From: Candidatus Sericytochromatia bacterium | GTDB taxonomy: Bacteria; Cyanobacteriota; Sericytochromatia; S15B-MN24; JAQBPE01 | NCBI GenBank assembly: GCA_040400605.1 | Contig: JBBAPZ010000002.1 | Location: 187,750-225,078 of the forward strand | Length of the DNA stretch: 37,329 nt | Direction: 5' to 3' | Shown: positions 28,274 to 36,906 of the stretch, piece by piece | Numbering within the stretch: the first letter of the stretch is position 1 | How the letters are laid out: each line of letters begins with the position of its first letter | The notes under the pieces: model-generated | Database searches by the model: none | What the model saw: only the letters and a program-made list of their open reading frames with translations | What the model was told of the DNA's origin: nothing | Program-made: the position numbers and the translations under genes

Positions 28274-31200
28274 TCAGCGCGCTGATGCTTCCTTGTCTTG
28301 ATGCTCACCCGATTCCTTGGCTTCTTTCTTTTTTAACTCTTCCGGCGTTAACATGTCTTCGCGCCATACCTGCACCTGGTTGCGCCCATTGGCCTTGCAC
28401 GCATACAGGGCAGTGTCGGCGCGTTCAAGAATCTCTGCCAGTCGTTGATCCTGTGGCATCAGGCTCGACACACCCAATGACGCGGTAATTTGTCTCACCG
28501 GTTTACCTTCAAGGTCAAACAGCCGTACCAGCGACACCGCTTCACGAATGCGGTCCGCAACCAACACCGCTCCCTGCGCATCAGTATCCGGACACAATAC
28601 GACAAACTCTTCCCCGCCAAAGCGCGCGGCAATGTCTGACACCCTGACTGACTCGGGCAATACCTTACCCATCACCTTAAGCACTTCATCACCAATCGCG
28701 TGACCGTAAGTGTCATTGAACTTCTTAAAGTGGTCAACATCAATCAGAATCACGCTCATGTGGCGATGGTGGCGCCGTGACAGATCAATCTCACGCGAGC
28801 TCTGCTCCTGAAAAAATCGGCGATTTCGCAAGCCTGTCAACATGTCCGTATTGGCATCGTATTCGGCCTTCTCGTACTTCGCGAGTGCATCTTCAAGTTC
28901 CGCCGCGCGGACATTCAAGCTCGTGTACAAGGTGGCATTCTCGATCGCCCCGGATGCATGGCCCGCGATCGCCCGCATCAAGTCCAAATCTTTTTCATTA
29001 AACGTCGTCACCACCGCCTGCGAGTCCACATACAAGACCCCCAAGCTCTTGCCTTTTGCCTGCAAAGGTACGCACATCAGTGTGCGCAAGTTCAAGCTCA
29101 TAATTGACATGGCCGTCTGAAATTCTTCATCCATCGTCGCATCAACCACCGTGACCGCCTGCCCCGTATTCAAAACCTTATTGCAGATTGACATGGAGAT
29201 GCGCTCACCGTGCAGTGCGGAACCACGCCGATCCAGCGCAACCTTGCACGTCAGGACATTCGGATCCTCTTCCGAACGGAGCATCAAGAAACCACGCTCT
29301 GCGTGCGTGACCTCCAACGTGAGCTTGACAACCAATTCCAACACTTCGCTTACCACCAATGTTTCGTTGATTTTCTCAGCCAATTGGTTCAACATCTGCA
29401 ACTGCTGCGAACGCGCTTGCCACTCGGCAGCCAATCCCGCACGATGCGCCGCAAAGACCGCCTCGTCACATAAACGTTGCGCAAACTGAAAGTCAGCTTC
29501 ATCAAACAAGATGCCATCGGACGATTCCCGATCCACATAGAGTTCACCAACGATCGCACTCGACAATCGAACCGGGAAGGCCATCGCCGTTTGCACCATC
29601 AGGTTTTTTTCCTGTACAAATCGGGCGGAACGTTCATCCAGTTGGCAATCTTCCACCAAAATGGCAGCATCCGCCCGCTTCGCAGCGTCACAAAGACGTT
29701 GCGCGAAAGCCCAGTCCGCTTCATAACCGCCATCCGGTTTGATACCTTGCAAATGCTGACCCTTAAACCCGTCAGCATCGAGGTTCACAAAGCCCCTTTC
29801 AGCCCCCAACAGCGACATCAACCGCGTCAAGGCCACTGCCACGATTTCACTGACACCCTCACAGCCACGAAGTTCAGTCGAATAAGCGATCAAGGCTTCC
29901 AAACGTTCACGTTCCATTTCGGAGGCTTCAAGATCCTGTGCCTGCGCCTCCTGTAACTGTGCCAACTGCGACAACTCTTTCGACAAGTTGCGCATCCGCT
30001 CGGCTGGGCGTCCTTCACGTCCACGCACAGAATCGTTTTGCGCCATCAGGGTTGAAAAATCACCTTGGATGACACGTGAGCGCTCTTTCAGTCCCAAAAA
30101 TTGGCTGCGCGCCTCGTCGCTCAAGGGTTCAACCAAACGCGACAACAATTTTTGCGCTTCAACCACGAGGTGCTTGGCGTTGCGCGAATAAGGATTGCAA
30201 GCTGCCTGTCCAAACAAACCTTGAGCGCGCAACGATGCTGACCCAGCTTGTGACGCCACCTGTTGCAACCGGATGAAACGCTGCGCCGCTTCCTCCACAC
30301 GCCCCAAGCGCAATAATGCTTCACCCGAAATGGCCAGGCTCAACGCCTGCTGGAACTGAGCCCCAATCGCGTCAGCCAAATCACACGCACGCGTCGCCTC
30401 CGACAAGGCATCATCAAGACGCTCTTCCAATAGATATAACCAGGCACTGACGCGCAACGCGCGCGCTTCAACGCCCCGCGCACGCGCCATACGTGACGCC
30501 TGCAACGCGCGATCCGCCAATACGCGCCCATCCAGTACCCGCCCGCACCGGCCGTGAATCTCACCAAGCGCAACCCACATTCGGCTTTCGGTTTCGTTGT
30601 TACCGGTTTCAGTAATCAATGCCTGCAAGGTCTCTCCAGCATCAAGCGCTGCCTCCAGACAACCCAAATGGACCAGTATCTCAATCTGGTACTGCAAAAC
30701 CAACGATTCCATATACTTGTTCTTGATTTCTCGCGATAACGCCAACGCTTCTTCGGACTGGTGACGCGCATGTTGTAAATGCCCGCTGTACACACACGCC
30801 GCCGCCTCCAGGACCATCGCCATACACAACGGAAATTTTGAATTCAATTCGATCGCGATCGCGCCTGCTTCTTTCGCCATTCGAATCGCATCGGCATAAT
30901 TCCCAAGCTCGTAGGCTGTGATCGCCAGGTTGATCAACGCAAAAATTTCTTCATCTCGCAAACCAATCTCAAAACTGATCCGTTGCGTCTGAATAAAACT
31001 CTTCCACGCCCCCCCGAAATCACCCTGCATGTTTTGCGCATTGCCCAACAAATTATAGGAATTGTTAAGGCCCACCTTATCATTTAACTCAGACAAGATT
31101 GAGACTGACTGATTCAGGTTCTCCGCACTCTCCCCCAAGCGCTCCGGATCCGAACTGTACATCAATCCCGCAAAACCAAGCGCTTCACCCACGAACGTTT

Positions 31201-33715
31201 TGACGCCAGCAGCCTGGGCCAACTCCAACGCCCGTTGCGTCTGCTCAATCGCTTCTTGCGGCTTGCCAGTGAAAAAATTGATCCGGCAACTGGTTAAAAG
31301 ACACCGGGCTGCCCCCGCCTTGTCATCGTGCGCCAAACAAACCGCCAATGACTGAGCACAATAATCTAGCGCCGAGGGATAATCATTCAATACCTGATAA
31401 ATCTTTGCGACAGAGGTTAACATGCGCCCATGCTGCTCGTGCTCACCCAACCCCTGCGACAATTCAATCGCACGCAGCAAATTGTCCCGAGCGACATCCG
31501 CTTTGCCGCTCAGACGCTGCACGTCACCCAAATAACGCAAATACAACAGACGCTGCATCGGTCCGCCAAGGTGGGGATCACCATCCAGCAATGCCAAACC
31601 CGCCGTCAAAAATCGAATCGCATCCGCATTGGCAAACAGATTGGCACTGCGCATGCCCGCTTCCAGCGCATAGAAGAAGGTTTTATTGGCTTCTCCACTC
31701 AAAAGATAGTGGTTGGCGATCGCATTCACCTGCGCCGTGCTCACCTCACCGATGGGTATACCCGCCAACGGCGCCTCCAACGCCAACGCCACCTTCAAAT
31801 GCAGCGCCTGACGCTCCTTGATCGGCAAGTTAGCATAAAGCACTTCCTGCAATTGCCCTTGCGAAAACACATATGCACCTGTCTCCGTCTGGGTGAAAAT
31901 GCCCGTTTCCGACAAAACCCCCAGCGCATCAAACAACTGGTTGTCGTCAAATGACAGCACCCGCTTCAACACATCAAGGCCAAGCTCACGCCCAATCACC
32001 GCACCGACGCGCGCCACCGCCATGGCCCCCTCTGGCAGCGCAGACAGCTTCTCAAGCAGCAATCCTTGCAAGTTGGCAGGCATCTGTTCCGGCGTCAGCG
32101 CCACAATCGCATTCCAACGACCGTTGAGCTTGACAAGGGTGCGGTTGCGCACAAGATGCTCCAGTAAACCCTCCACGAAAAATGGATTGCCTTCCGCAAA
32201 CGACGTAATCTGCTCGAGAAAACCGCGACCGAGCGCTTCCGTACCCAACATCGATGTAAGCATCGCCGCCGTTTCGGAGTCGGTTAACGGTGCCAGCGGC
32301 AAATGCACAGCCGCCTTGAACCACCCCAGATTCACATCGGGCGTTGCGCGATGGTTGATCACAAACATCACCGGCAATTCCTTCGTATTGCGCAGCACGT
32401 ACACCAGTAACTCCACGCTCAAAGGATCAGCCCACTGCCAGTCTTCCAAAACCAACACCAATGGCACGCGACCTGCCAAGGCAGCCATCAGGTCCGATAG
32501 GGTCGACTGCAAACGCATTTTTTCCTTTGAGGGCGGATCCAAATCCGGCACCAATTCCGTCACGCCTGCCACGCTCGCCCACTCCGGCAACAATTTACCA
32601 ACAATCGGCGCGTGACGCGTCACCAACTCCGGAAGGTGCTCCCGAAAAACCGGCAACAACCCGCGCAGCAACTCTACAAAAGGCCCATATGGTGCCGTGC
32701 CGTTGTCGAACGACGTCCCGACCACGAACGGCAGGTTTTCCATCTGCACCGCGAAACGGAACTCATCAACCAAACGCGTCTTGCCCATCCCCGCCGGGCC
32801 CGAAACCACCAACGCCGCACCAGGCTTGTTCGCCCGAATGCCCTTCAAATAGGATGTCAAGTGACCCAATTCCTCGGTGCGACCCACAAAAGGTGCCGAT
32901 AAAAGATTACCGCCAATGCCCTCTGGCACATCAACGCCAAGATCCTCAAGCACCTCGTAGGCTGATTGATAACGCGCTACCGGATCTTTTTGCAGCAACC
33001 GCATCACGATCCGTTCGAAGCGCGCCTCGATGGCATCATTGAGCTCCGTAGGCGATCGCGGCGTCTCGCTTAAGTGCGCCTTGATAATCGCCGCCGGCTC
33101 CGAATGCGCAAACGGCAAGGTGCCCGTCAGCATCTGGTATCCCAACGCACCCATCGAGTAGAGATCGGCACGCTGATCCAACCGACCACCACGAATCATT
33201 TCAGGCGCCATGTACCCCAATGTCCCCTTGATGGCCCCCCCACTGCGTCCGGAACGTTCCATCAAACCAAAATCCATCAGTTTGACTTCCCCGTCGGGCT
33301 TCACCCGCGCATTTTCATCCTTGATGTCACAATGAACAAAGCCTTGCTGATGCACATAACCCAATGCCAGCAACAATTGCGAAAAAACATTTAAAAATCG
33401 ATCGGAATCCAGGGGCAACAAGGCATCCAGACCACATCCCGGTACAACTTCCATCGTCAGATAAGGCGCCCCATCAGGCAAAACCCCATAATCATAGACA
33501 GCGCAGCAATTCGGATGACGCAGCTGCGTCATCGTACGAAACTCCTGCTTGAACTGCAGAAGCGTTTCTTCCGTCATCCCAATCTTGGATGACAGCACCT
33601 TGAGGGCCACTTGCTGCCCGTTGATGGTGTCTTCCACCAAGGACACCAACCCCATTCCCCCTTCACCCAGGGTCTTGAGGACGTTATAGCGGCTAGCAAT
33701 CTGCTGCGTCGTCAT
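28274..33715 (-). CDS. Multidomain diguanylate cyclase: Ser/Thr kinase, STAND (AAA_16-like) ATPase, TPR, two GAF domains, GGDEF (~1813 aa)
   Basis: Kinase: LGEGGMG, VALK, HCDIKDEN, DFG, YMAPE. ATPase: FVGRTEE, GPAGMGKT, LEDWQWAD, GNPFF. TPR-like helices and two GAF-like segments. Cyclase: TDMLTGLRNRR, DVDHFKKFNDTYGHAIGD, RVSD..RFGGEEF. ATG 33715 follows AAAGGG. Confidence 0.92.
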   Translation of the reverse strand: MTTQQIASRYNVLKTLGEGGMGLVSLVEDTINGQQVALKVLSSKIGMTEETLLQFKQEFRTMTQLRHPNCCAVYDYGVLPDGAPYLTMEVVPGCGLDALLPLDSDRFLNVFSQLLLALGYVHQQGFVHCDIKDENARVKPDGEVKLMDFGLMERSGRSGGAIKGTLGYMAPEMIRGGRLDQRADLYSMGALGYQMLTGTLPFAHSEPAAIIKAHLSETPRSPTELNDAIEARFERIVMRLLQKDPVARYQSAYEVLEDLGVDVPEGIGGNLLSAPFVGRTEELGHLTSYLKGIRANKPGAALVVSGPAGMGKTRLVDEFRFAVQMENLPFVVGTSFDNGTAPYGPFVELLRGLLPVFREHLPELVTRHAPIVGKLLPEWASVAGVTELVPDLDPPSKEKMRLQSTLSDLMAALAGRVPLVLVLEDWQWADPLSVELLVYVLRNTKELPVMFVINHRATPDVNLGWFKAAVHLPLAPLTDSETAAMLTSMLGTEALGRGFLEQITSFAEGNPFFVEGLLEHLVRNRTLVKLNGRWNAIVALTPEQMPANLQGLLLEKLSALPEGAMAVARVGAVIGRELGLDVLKRVLSFDDNQLFDALGVLSETGIFTQTETGAYVFSQGQLQEVLYANLPIKERQALHLKVALALEAPLAGIPIGEVSTAQVNAIANHYLLSGEANKTFFYALEAGMRSANLFANADAIRFLTAGLALLDGDPHLGGPMQRLLYLRYLGDVQRLSGKADVARDNLLRAIELSQGLGEHEQHGRMLTSVAKIYQVLNDYPSALDYCAQSLAVCLAHDDKAGAARCLLTSCRINFFTGKPQEAIEQTQRALELAQAAGVKTFVGEALGFAGLMYSSDPERLGESAENLNQSVSILSELNDKVGLNNSYNLLGNAQNMQGDFGGAWKSFIQTQRISFEIGLRDEEIFALINLAITAYELGNYADAIRMAKEAGAIAIELNSKFPLCMAMVLEAAACVYSGHLQHARHQSEEALALSREIKNKYMESLVLQYQIEILVHLGCLEAALDAGETLQALITETGNNETESRMWVALGEIHGRCGRVLDGRVLADRALQASRMARARGVEARALRVSAWLYLLEERLDDALSEATRACDLADAIGAQFQQALSLAISGEALLRLGRVEEAAQRFIRLQQVASQAGSASLRAQGLFGQAACNPYSRNAKHLVVEAQKLLSRLVEPLSDEARSQFLGLKERSRVIQGDFSTLMAQNDSVRGREGRPAERMRNLSKELSQLAQLQEAQAQDLEASEMERERLEALIAYSTELRGCEGVSEIVAVALTRLMSLLGAERGFVNLDADGFKGQHLQGIKPDGGYEADWAFAQRLCDAAKRADAAILVEDCQLDERSARFVQEKNLMVQTAMAFPVRLSSAIVGELYVDRESSDGILFDEADFQFAQRLCDEAVFAAHRAGLAAEWQARSQQLQMLNQLAEKINETLVVSEVLELVVKLTLEVTHAERGFLMLRSEEDPNVLTCKVALDRRGSALHGERISMSICNKVLNTGQAVTVVDATMDEEFQTAMSIMSLNLRTLMCVPLQAKGKSLGVLYVDSQAVVTTFNEKDLDLMRAIAGHASGAIENATLYTSLNVRAAELEDALAKYEKAEYDANTDMLTGLRNRRFFQEQSSREIDLSRRHHRHMSVILIDVDHFKKFNDTYGHAIGDEVLKVMGKVLPESVRVSDIAARFGGEEFVVLCPDTDAQGAVLVADRIREAVSLVRLFDLEGKPVRQITASLGVSSLMPQDQRLAEILERADTALYACKANGRNQVQVWREDMLTPEELKKKEAKESGEHQDKEASAR

Positions 33716-33810
33716 GAATTCCCTTTGCTGAACGACATGGACCACCGTTGCATCGCATCTGTTGCACCATCTCCACACCGCCGTGACTGCATGTGCGGAC
33801 ATCCGAGGGC

Positions 33811-33837
33811 CTTTTACCCCAAAGCGTATAGTTTAAC
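33811..33837 (-). promoter_or_regulatory. Putative SigF/SigB-type promoter of the kinase-GGDEF gene
   Basis: Minus strand reads GTTAAAC-tatac-GCTTT-GGGGTAAAAG, matching the motif at 5455-5480. Confidence 0.45.
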
Positions 33838-33864
33838 CCCGATTCACACACGACTGATTGTCTG

Positions 33865-34767
33865 TCATTTGTCTGATGACCGCAGGCGATCGCCTGGCAG
33901 CGTTTTTTGCCCACCGACGTGCCGTGCACCAAGCGCTTCACGAATGGCTATCACCGCTTCGACCACCCGTGGACCAGGACGCGCAACCAAATCCTCGTTG
34001 ACCGTCTTGATTTGTTGCTCACGCACCGCCTTAACTCCGGGGTGGGTTTTGGCAAAGGTCGTGAGTGCCGAACGCATGGTACCGGGTCCCAAAATGACGT
34101 CGGGATTGGCCATCATGACAAACTCATCACTCAAAACCGGGTAAGCGGTCGTTTGACCACCCGGAACAACATTTGTACCCCCCGCCTCAGTAATCAGATC
34201 CCCCAGATAACTGTCTGCTGTACACCCCATCAATGGCTGGTGCCACACCATGTAAAAAACGCGCTTCGAATCACGTTTCGGACCCGCTCGCAGCCCCGCC
34301 AGACGTGCCTGAAGCGTCGTGACCAAGGCCTCGGCCTGCGCTTGGTGACCAGTGAGGTGACCCAGCCTTCGAAGGTTTAAAAAAACATCCCAGAGGCGCT
34401 TCGTCGTGAGAACCCGAACCGGCACACCGGTCAACTGTTGCATGCGTTTGATTTGATGCGCAGGACTCTCAATACTTAAAATCAGATCCGGCTTCAGCGT
34501 CAACAGCCGCTCTTCGTTCAAGGCGAGGCTGGTTCCAACCACGGCCTTGGTCTGATTGATGCCAAGCGGATAGTTGCAATACGCTGAAATGCCCACCACT
34601 TGAGACCCGGCACCGATCGCATACAACATTTCCGTGATAGAGGGTGCCAAACTGACCACACGACCCGGCACGCCCGCCGCGAACACAGATGACGCGTGGC
34701 CAACCGCGATCACACAAATCACCGCCACGTAAAACGCATGACGCCGACGCCACTGACATGTCATCAC
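33865..34767 (-). CDS. BtuF-like (cobalamin/iron-chelate) periplasmic binding protein
   Basis: Signal peptide, RVVSLAPSITEMLYAIG, VVGISAYCNYP, ERLLTLKPDL, AGGTN, RPGPR. Confidence 0.88.
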   Translation of the reverse strand: MMTCQWRRRHAFYVAVICVIAVGHASSVFAAGVPGRVVSLAPSITEMLYAIGAGSQVVGISAYCNYPLGINQTKAVVGTSLALNEERLLTLKPDLILSIESPAHQIKRMQQLTGVPVRVLTTKRLWDVFLNLRRLGHLTGHQAQAEALVTTLQARLAGLRAGPKRDSKRVFYMVWHQPLMGCTADSYLGDLITEAGGTNVVPGGQTTAYPVLSDEFVMMANPDVILGPGTMRSALTTFAKTHPGVKAVREQQIKTVNEDLVARPGPRVVEAVIAIREALGARHVGGQKTLPGDRLRSSDK

Positions 34768-35198
34768 GGCTGCGGGGGTTTGCTCGCAGCCAATGCGATG
34801 CGTTTGGCGCCGCTCACCTTCATTTGATCCAGCAAGGTGATCACCTGCTCGTAAGGCAAATGCCTGTCAGCTGCAATCACAAACGATGTTTCCGGATTTT
34901 TGGCCACCGCAGCCTTGATTCTGACAGCCAACTCGTCCGGATTCACGCGCGCGTCATCCCAGGCAATGCCCGCCTTGGTTAACTCAATCGTCACCGAAGG
35001 CGGCGTGTCGGTAGCCGAACTGGCTTGAGGCAACTGCGCCTGCAAGGAGGTGTTCATATGGGGCAAAAACGCCATCACTGCCAGAAAGATGGTCAGGATC
35101 ATCATCACATCGATCATGGGTATGAGCTCGAAACGCGCCACGCGCGTTCGTCTACTTCGCTTGGTGAGCAAAGGTTTGCCCCCCTTTCGGCGCTTCAT
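34764..35198 (-). CDS. exbD: ExbD/TolR biopolymer transport protein
   Basis: LIPMIDVMMILTIF, LPQAS, IAADRHLPYEQVITLLD..K.SG. Start uncertain (35198 or TTG 35171); overlaps the end of exbB. Confidence 0.88.
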   Translation of the reverse strand: MKRRKGGKPLLTKRSRRTRVARFELIPMIDVMMILTIFLAVMAFLPHMNTSLQAQLPQASSATDTPPSVTIELTKAGIAWDDARVNPDELAVRIKAAVAKNPETSFVIAADRHLPYEQVITLLDQMKVSGAKRIALAASKPPQP

Positions 35199-35748
35199 GC
35201 TCGCGCAACCACGCCTCGAGATCCGCCGCAAGCTCATCATTGCCGTTCATCAATTTGTGGTTCCCCAATGCCGCGATGATCGCCACCACCAACCCAGCCG
35301 CCGTAGCCACCAGCGCCTCGGAAATGCCCCGTGACAAATCCGTGAGCGGGTTCTGCGGCGGGGCGCTCGCGATTCTGAAAAAGATTGCAATCATCCCGGA
35401 CACGGTTCCAAGTAAACCCAATAACGGTGCAATACTCGCGATCGTTCCCAACCAACTGATGCGACGTTCCTGCGAAAACACCAACTCACCGGCAAGCCGC
35501 AAACGGTCCTCCAAGGTCTTGCAGCCTGCATGAAGCGCCTCTGACAGGTAAAGGGTGACAACGTCATTCGGCTTTTGAATCAACAATTGATCCTTGCGTT
35601 CAGGAAACTGCCACAGCCACTGCAAATGCTTGCGCGCCCGGGACAACGCGATCGTATTTTCGATGATCAACGCCAAAGTCATCACCGACGCCAGCGCAAT
35701 CGGAATCATGGCAAGGCCACCCGAACGAAGCAAATGTATGAAATCCAT
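35152..35748 (-). CDS. exbB: ExbB/TolQ/MotA proton channel protein
   Basis: GGLAMIPI, LGTIASIAPLLGLLGTVSGMI, GISEALVATAAGL. Confidence 0.9.
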   Translation of the reverse strand: MDFIHLLRSGGLAMIPIALASVMTLALIIENTIALSRARKHLQWLWQFPERKDQLLIQKPNDVVTLYLSEALHAGCKTLEDRLRLAGELVFSQERRISWLGTIASIAPLLGLLGTVSGMIAIFFRIASAPPQNPLTDLSRGISEALVATAAGLVVAIIAALGNHKLMNGNDELAADLEAWLREHEAPKGGQTFAHQAK

Positions 35749-35777
35749 GTCGCACCATATCCCCGTTAATCACACCG

Positions 35778-35962
35778 TTTGGAGGCCATCTGGAACCATT
35801 CCGCCAACCGGTCACCGAAAGCGCCGCATCACTGCTGGCACCCGCTCACGCATTTTGGCAAGACCTGGCATCGTGATTGCCCCAAATCCCGCGTGACCCT
35901 CCGGCACACCGGTTCAAGACCGTGCGATCGCCACCAAAGCCAATTCTCACGCACGCTTCTGG
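35778..35962 (-). ncRNA. Candidate structured RNA (5' leader of exbB, or a 6S-like ncRNA), family unassigned
   Basis: Nested helices, an 11/15-nt internal bubble and a GUGA (GNRA) tetraloop hairpin. G-U pairs form only on the minus strand. See findings. Confidence 0.4.
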
Positions 35963-35968
35963 CCCGGC

Positions 35969-35977
35969 AGTATAACA
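35969..35977 (-). promoter_or_regulatory. Extended -10 promoter element TGtTATACT
   Basis: Minus strand reads atgTGtTATACT, about 220 nt upstream of the exbB ATG. Confidence 0.55.
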
Positions 35978-36126
35978 CATGACCCCGTTCACAGTCTGTG
36001 CGTGCGTTAACCAGTCAATCATCATTTGATCGTCGACAATCAGTGGACTCGCTCGATGCACCAGCCAGATCCAGCACAGCGGGGTTCCACCGACCGTTGT
36101 TTCGAGGTGACCGTTTCAGACTGCCA

Positions 36127-36906
36127 TCAAGGAGCAAGCGGCGCCAGATACCAGTCGTCAAAACTGACTTGATTGCCCGCCGCTCTCAGCGTTACCCATG
36201 CGGGTCCCGGTTTGATGATTGGACTGGACACGGTAGTCAGTTCCTGGTCGTTCAATAGTAACGTGAAGGTTCCTTTGCGGGTATCAACGTTTGCGCCGAG
36301 TCTTTGGGTCTCCTTGGCCCGGGTTTCGAGCCGCGTGGCATACAGGCGTTTCCAGCCTCGGCTTTGGCCGGGGGCCGCGTCATTGGCCTCCCAGATTTCA
36401 AGCATTTGCGGTTTGATCAACGCTTCGACATAATGTGTCGGGTCACGGTAGTAGAAAGGCTGCCCTTGGTCGCCCGTCGGGTGGTAGCCGTGTGGACTTT
36501 GATGCACCATGACCGTTACTGCCGTGGTGTAGCGCGGCGAGACTTGGCCGCCTGATGAGCCGAATGCCGCACCCACGTAGCGAATGAAGCTTAACGCTGG
36601 CTGTGGGCGCAGTTCCTGATGCCAAATCATCCCCTTTCCCGCCTCTTTGGCAATCTGCCACTCACCGATTCGCAGCCAGGACGCCCGCATCGCGCCGGCT
36701 TCGGTCGCGACATTGCTCAGGCGATCGCGCGGCAATTCAGGACCTTCTACCTCAAAGCGTAAAGTCTCACCAACTGTTGGGGTTGGCGTGGCGTCGGGCA
36801 AGACACGACGCGGCTCCCCAACAGGCGCCGCAACGATCGGCGCCGTGCGAGGGGCTGCGCAACCAGACACCCCAACCGCCAGCACGAGCGCTCCGAGCGA
36901 TCGCAC
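36127..36906 (-). CDS. Putative lipoprotein with a beta-sandwich (concanavalin A/LamG-like) domain
   Basis: Lipobox-like LVLAVGVSGC, Pro/Thr linker, beta-rich body ending VSFDDWYL. Start uncertain: the ORF is open to 37092, and GTG 36906 gives a normal signal peptide. Confidence 0.6.
   Translation of the reverse strand: MRSLGALVLAVGVSGCAAPRTAPIVAAPVGEPRRVLPDATPTPTVGETLRFEVEGPELPRDRLSNVATEAGAMRASWLRIGEWQIAKEAGKGMIWHQELRPQPALSFIRYVGAAFGSSGGQVSPRYTTAVTVMVHQSPHGYHPTGDQGQPFYYRDPTHYVEALIKPQMLEIWEANDAAPGQSRGWKRLYATRLETRAKETQRLGANVDTRKGTFTLLLNDQELTTVSSPIIKPGPAWVTLRAAGNQVSFDDWYLAPLAP

Noticed and set aside
28140..35783. 12-nt match acaccgtttgga at 28140 and 35772
   Set aside because: Many 12-mer matches are expected by chance in 37 kb.
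35750..35990. Canonical cobalamin riboswitch
   Set aside because: Expected from context, but the conserved GGGAA and B12-box elements were not found on the minus strand. The 'aagacctggc' resemblance is on the wrong strand.
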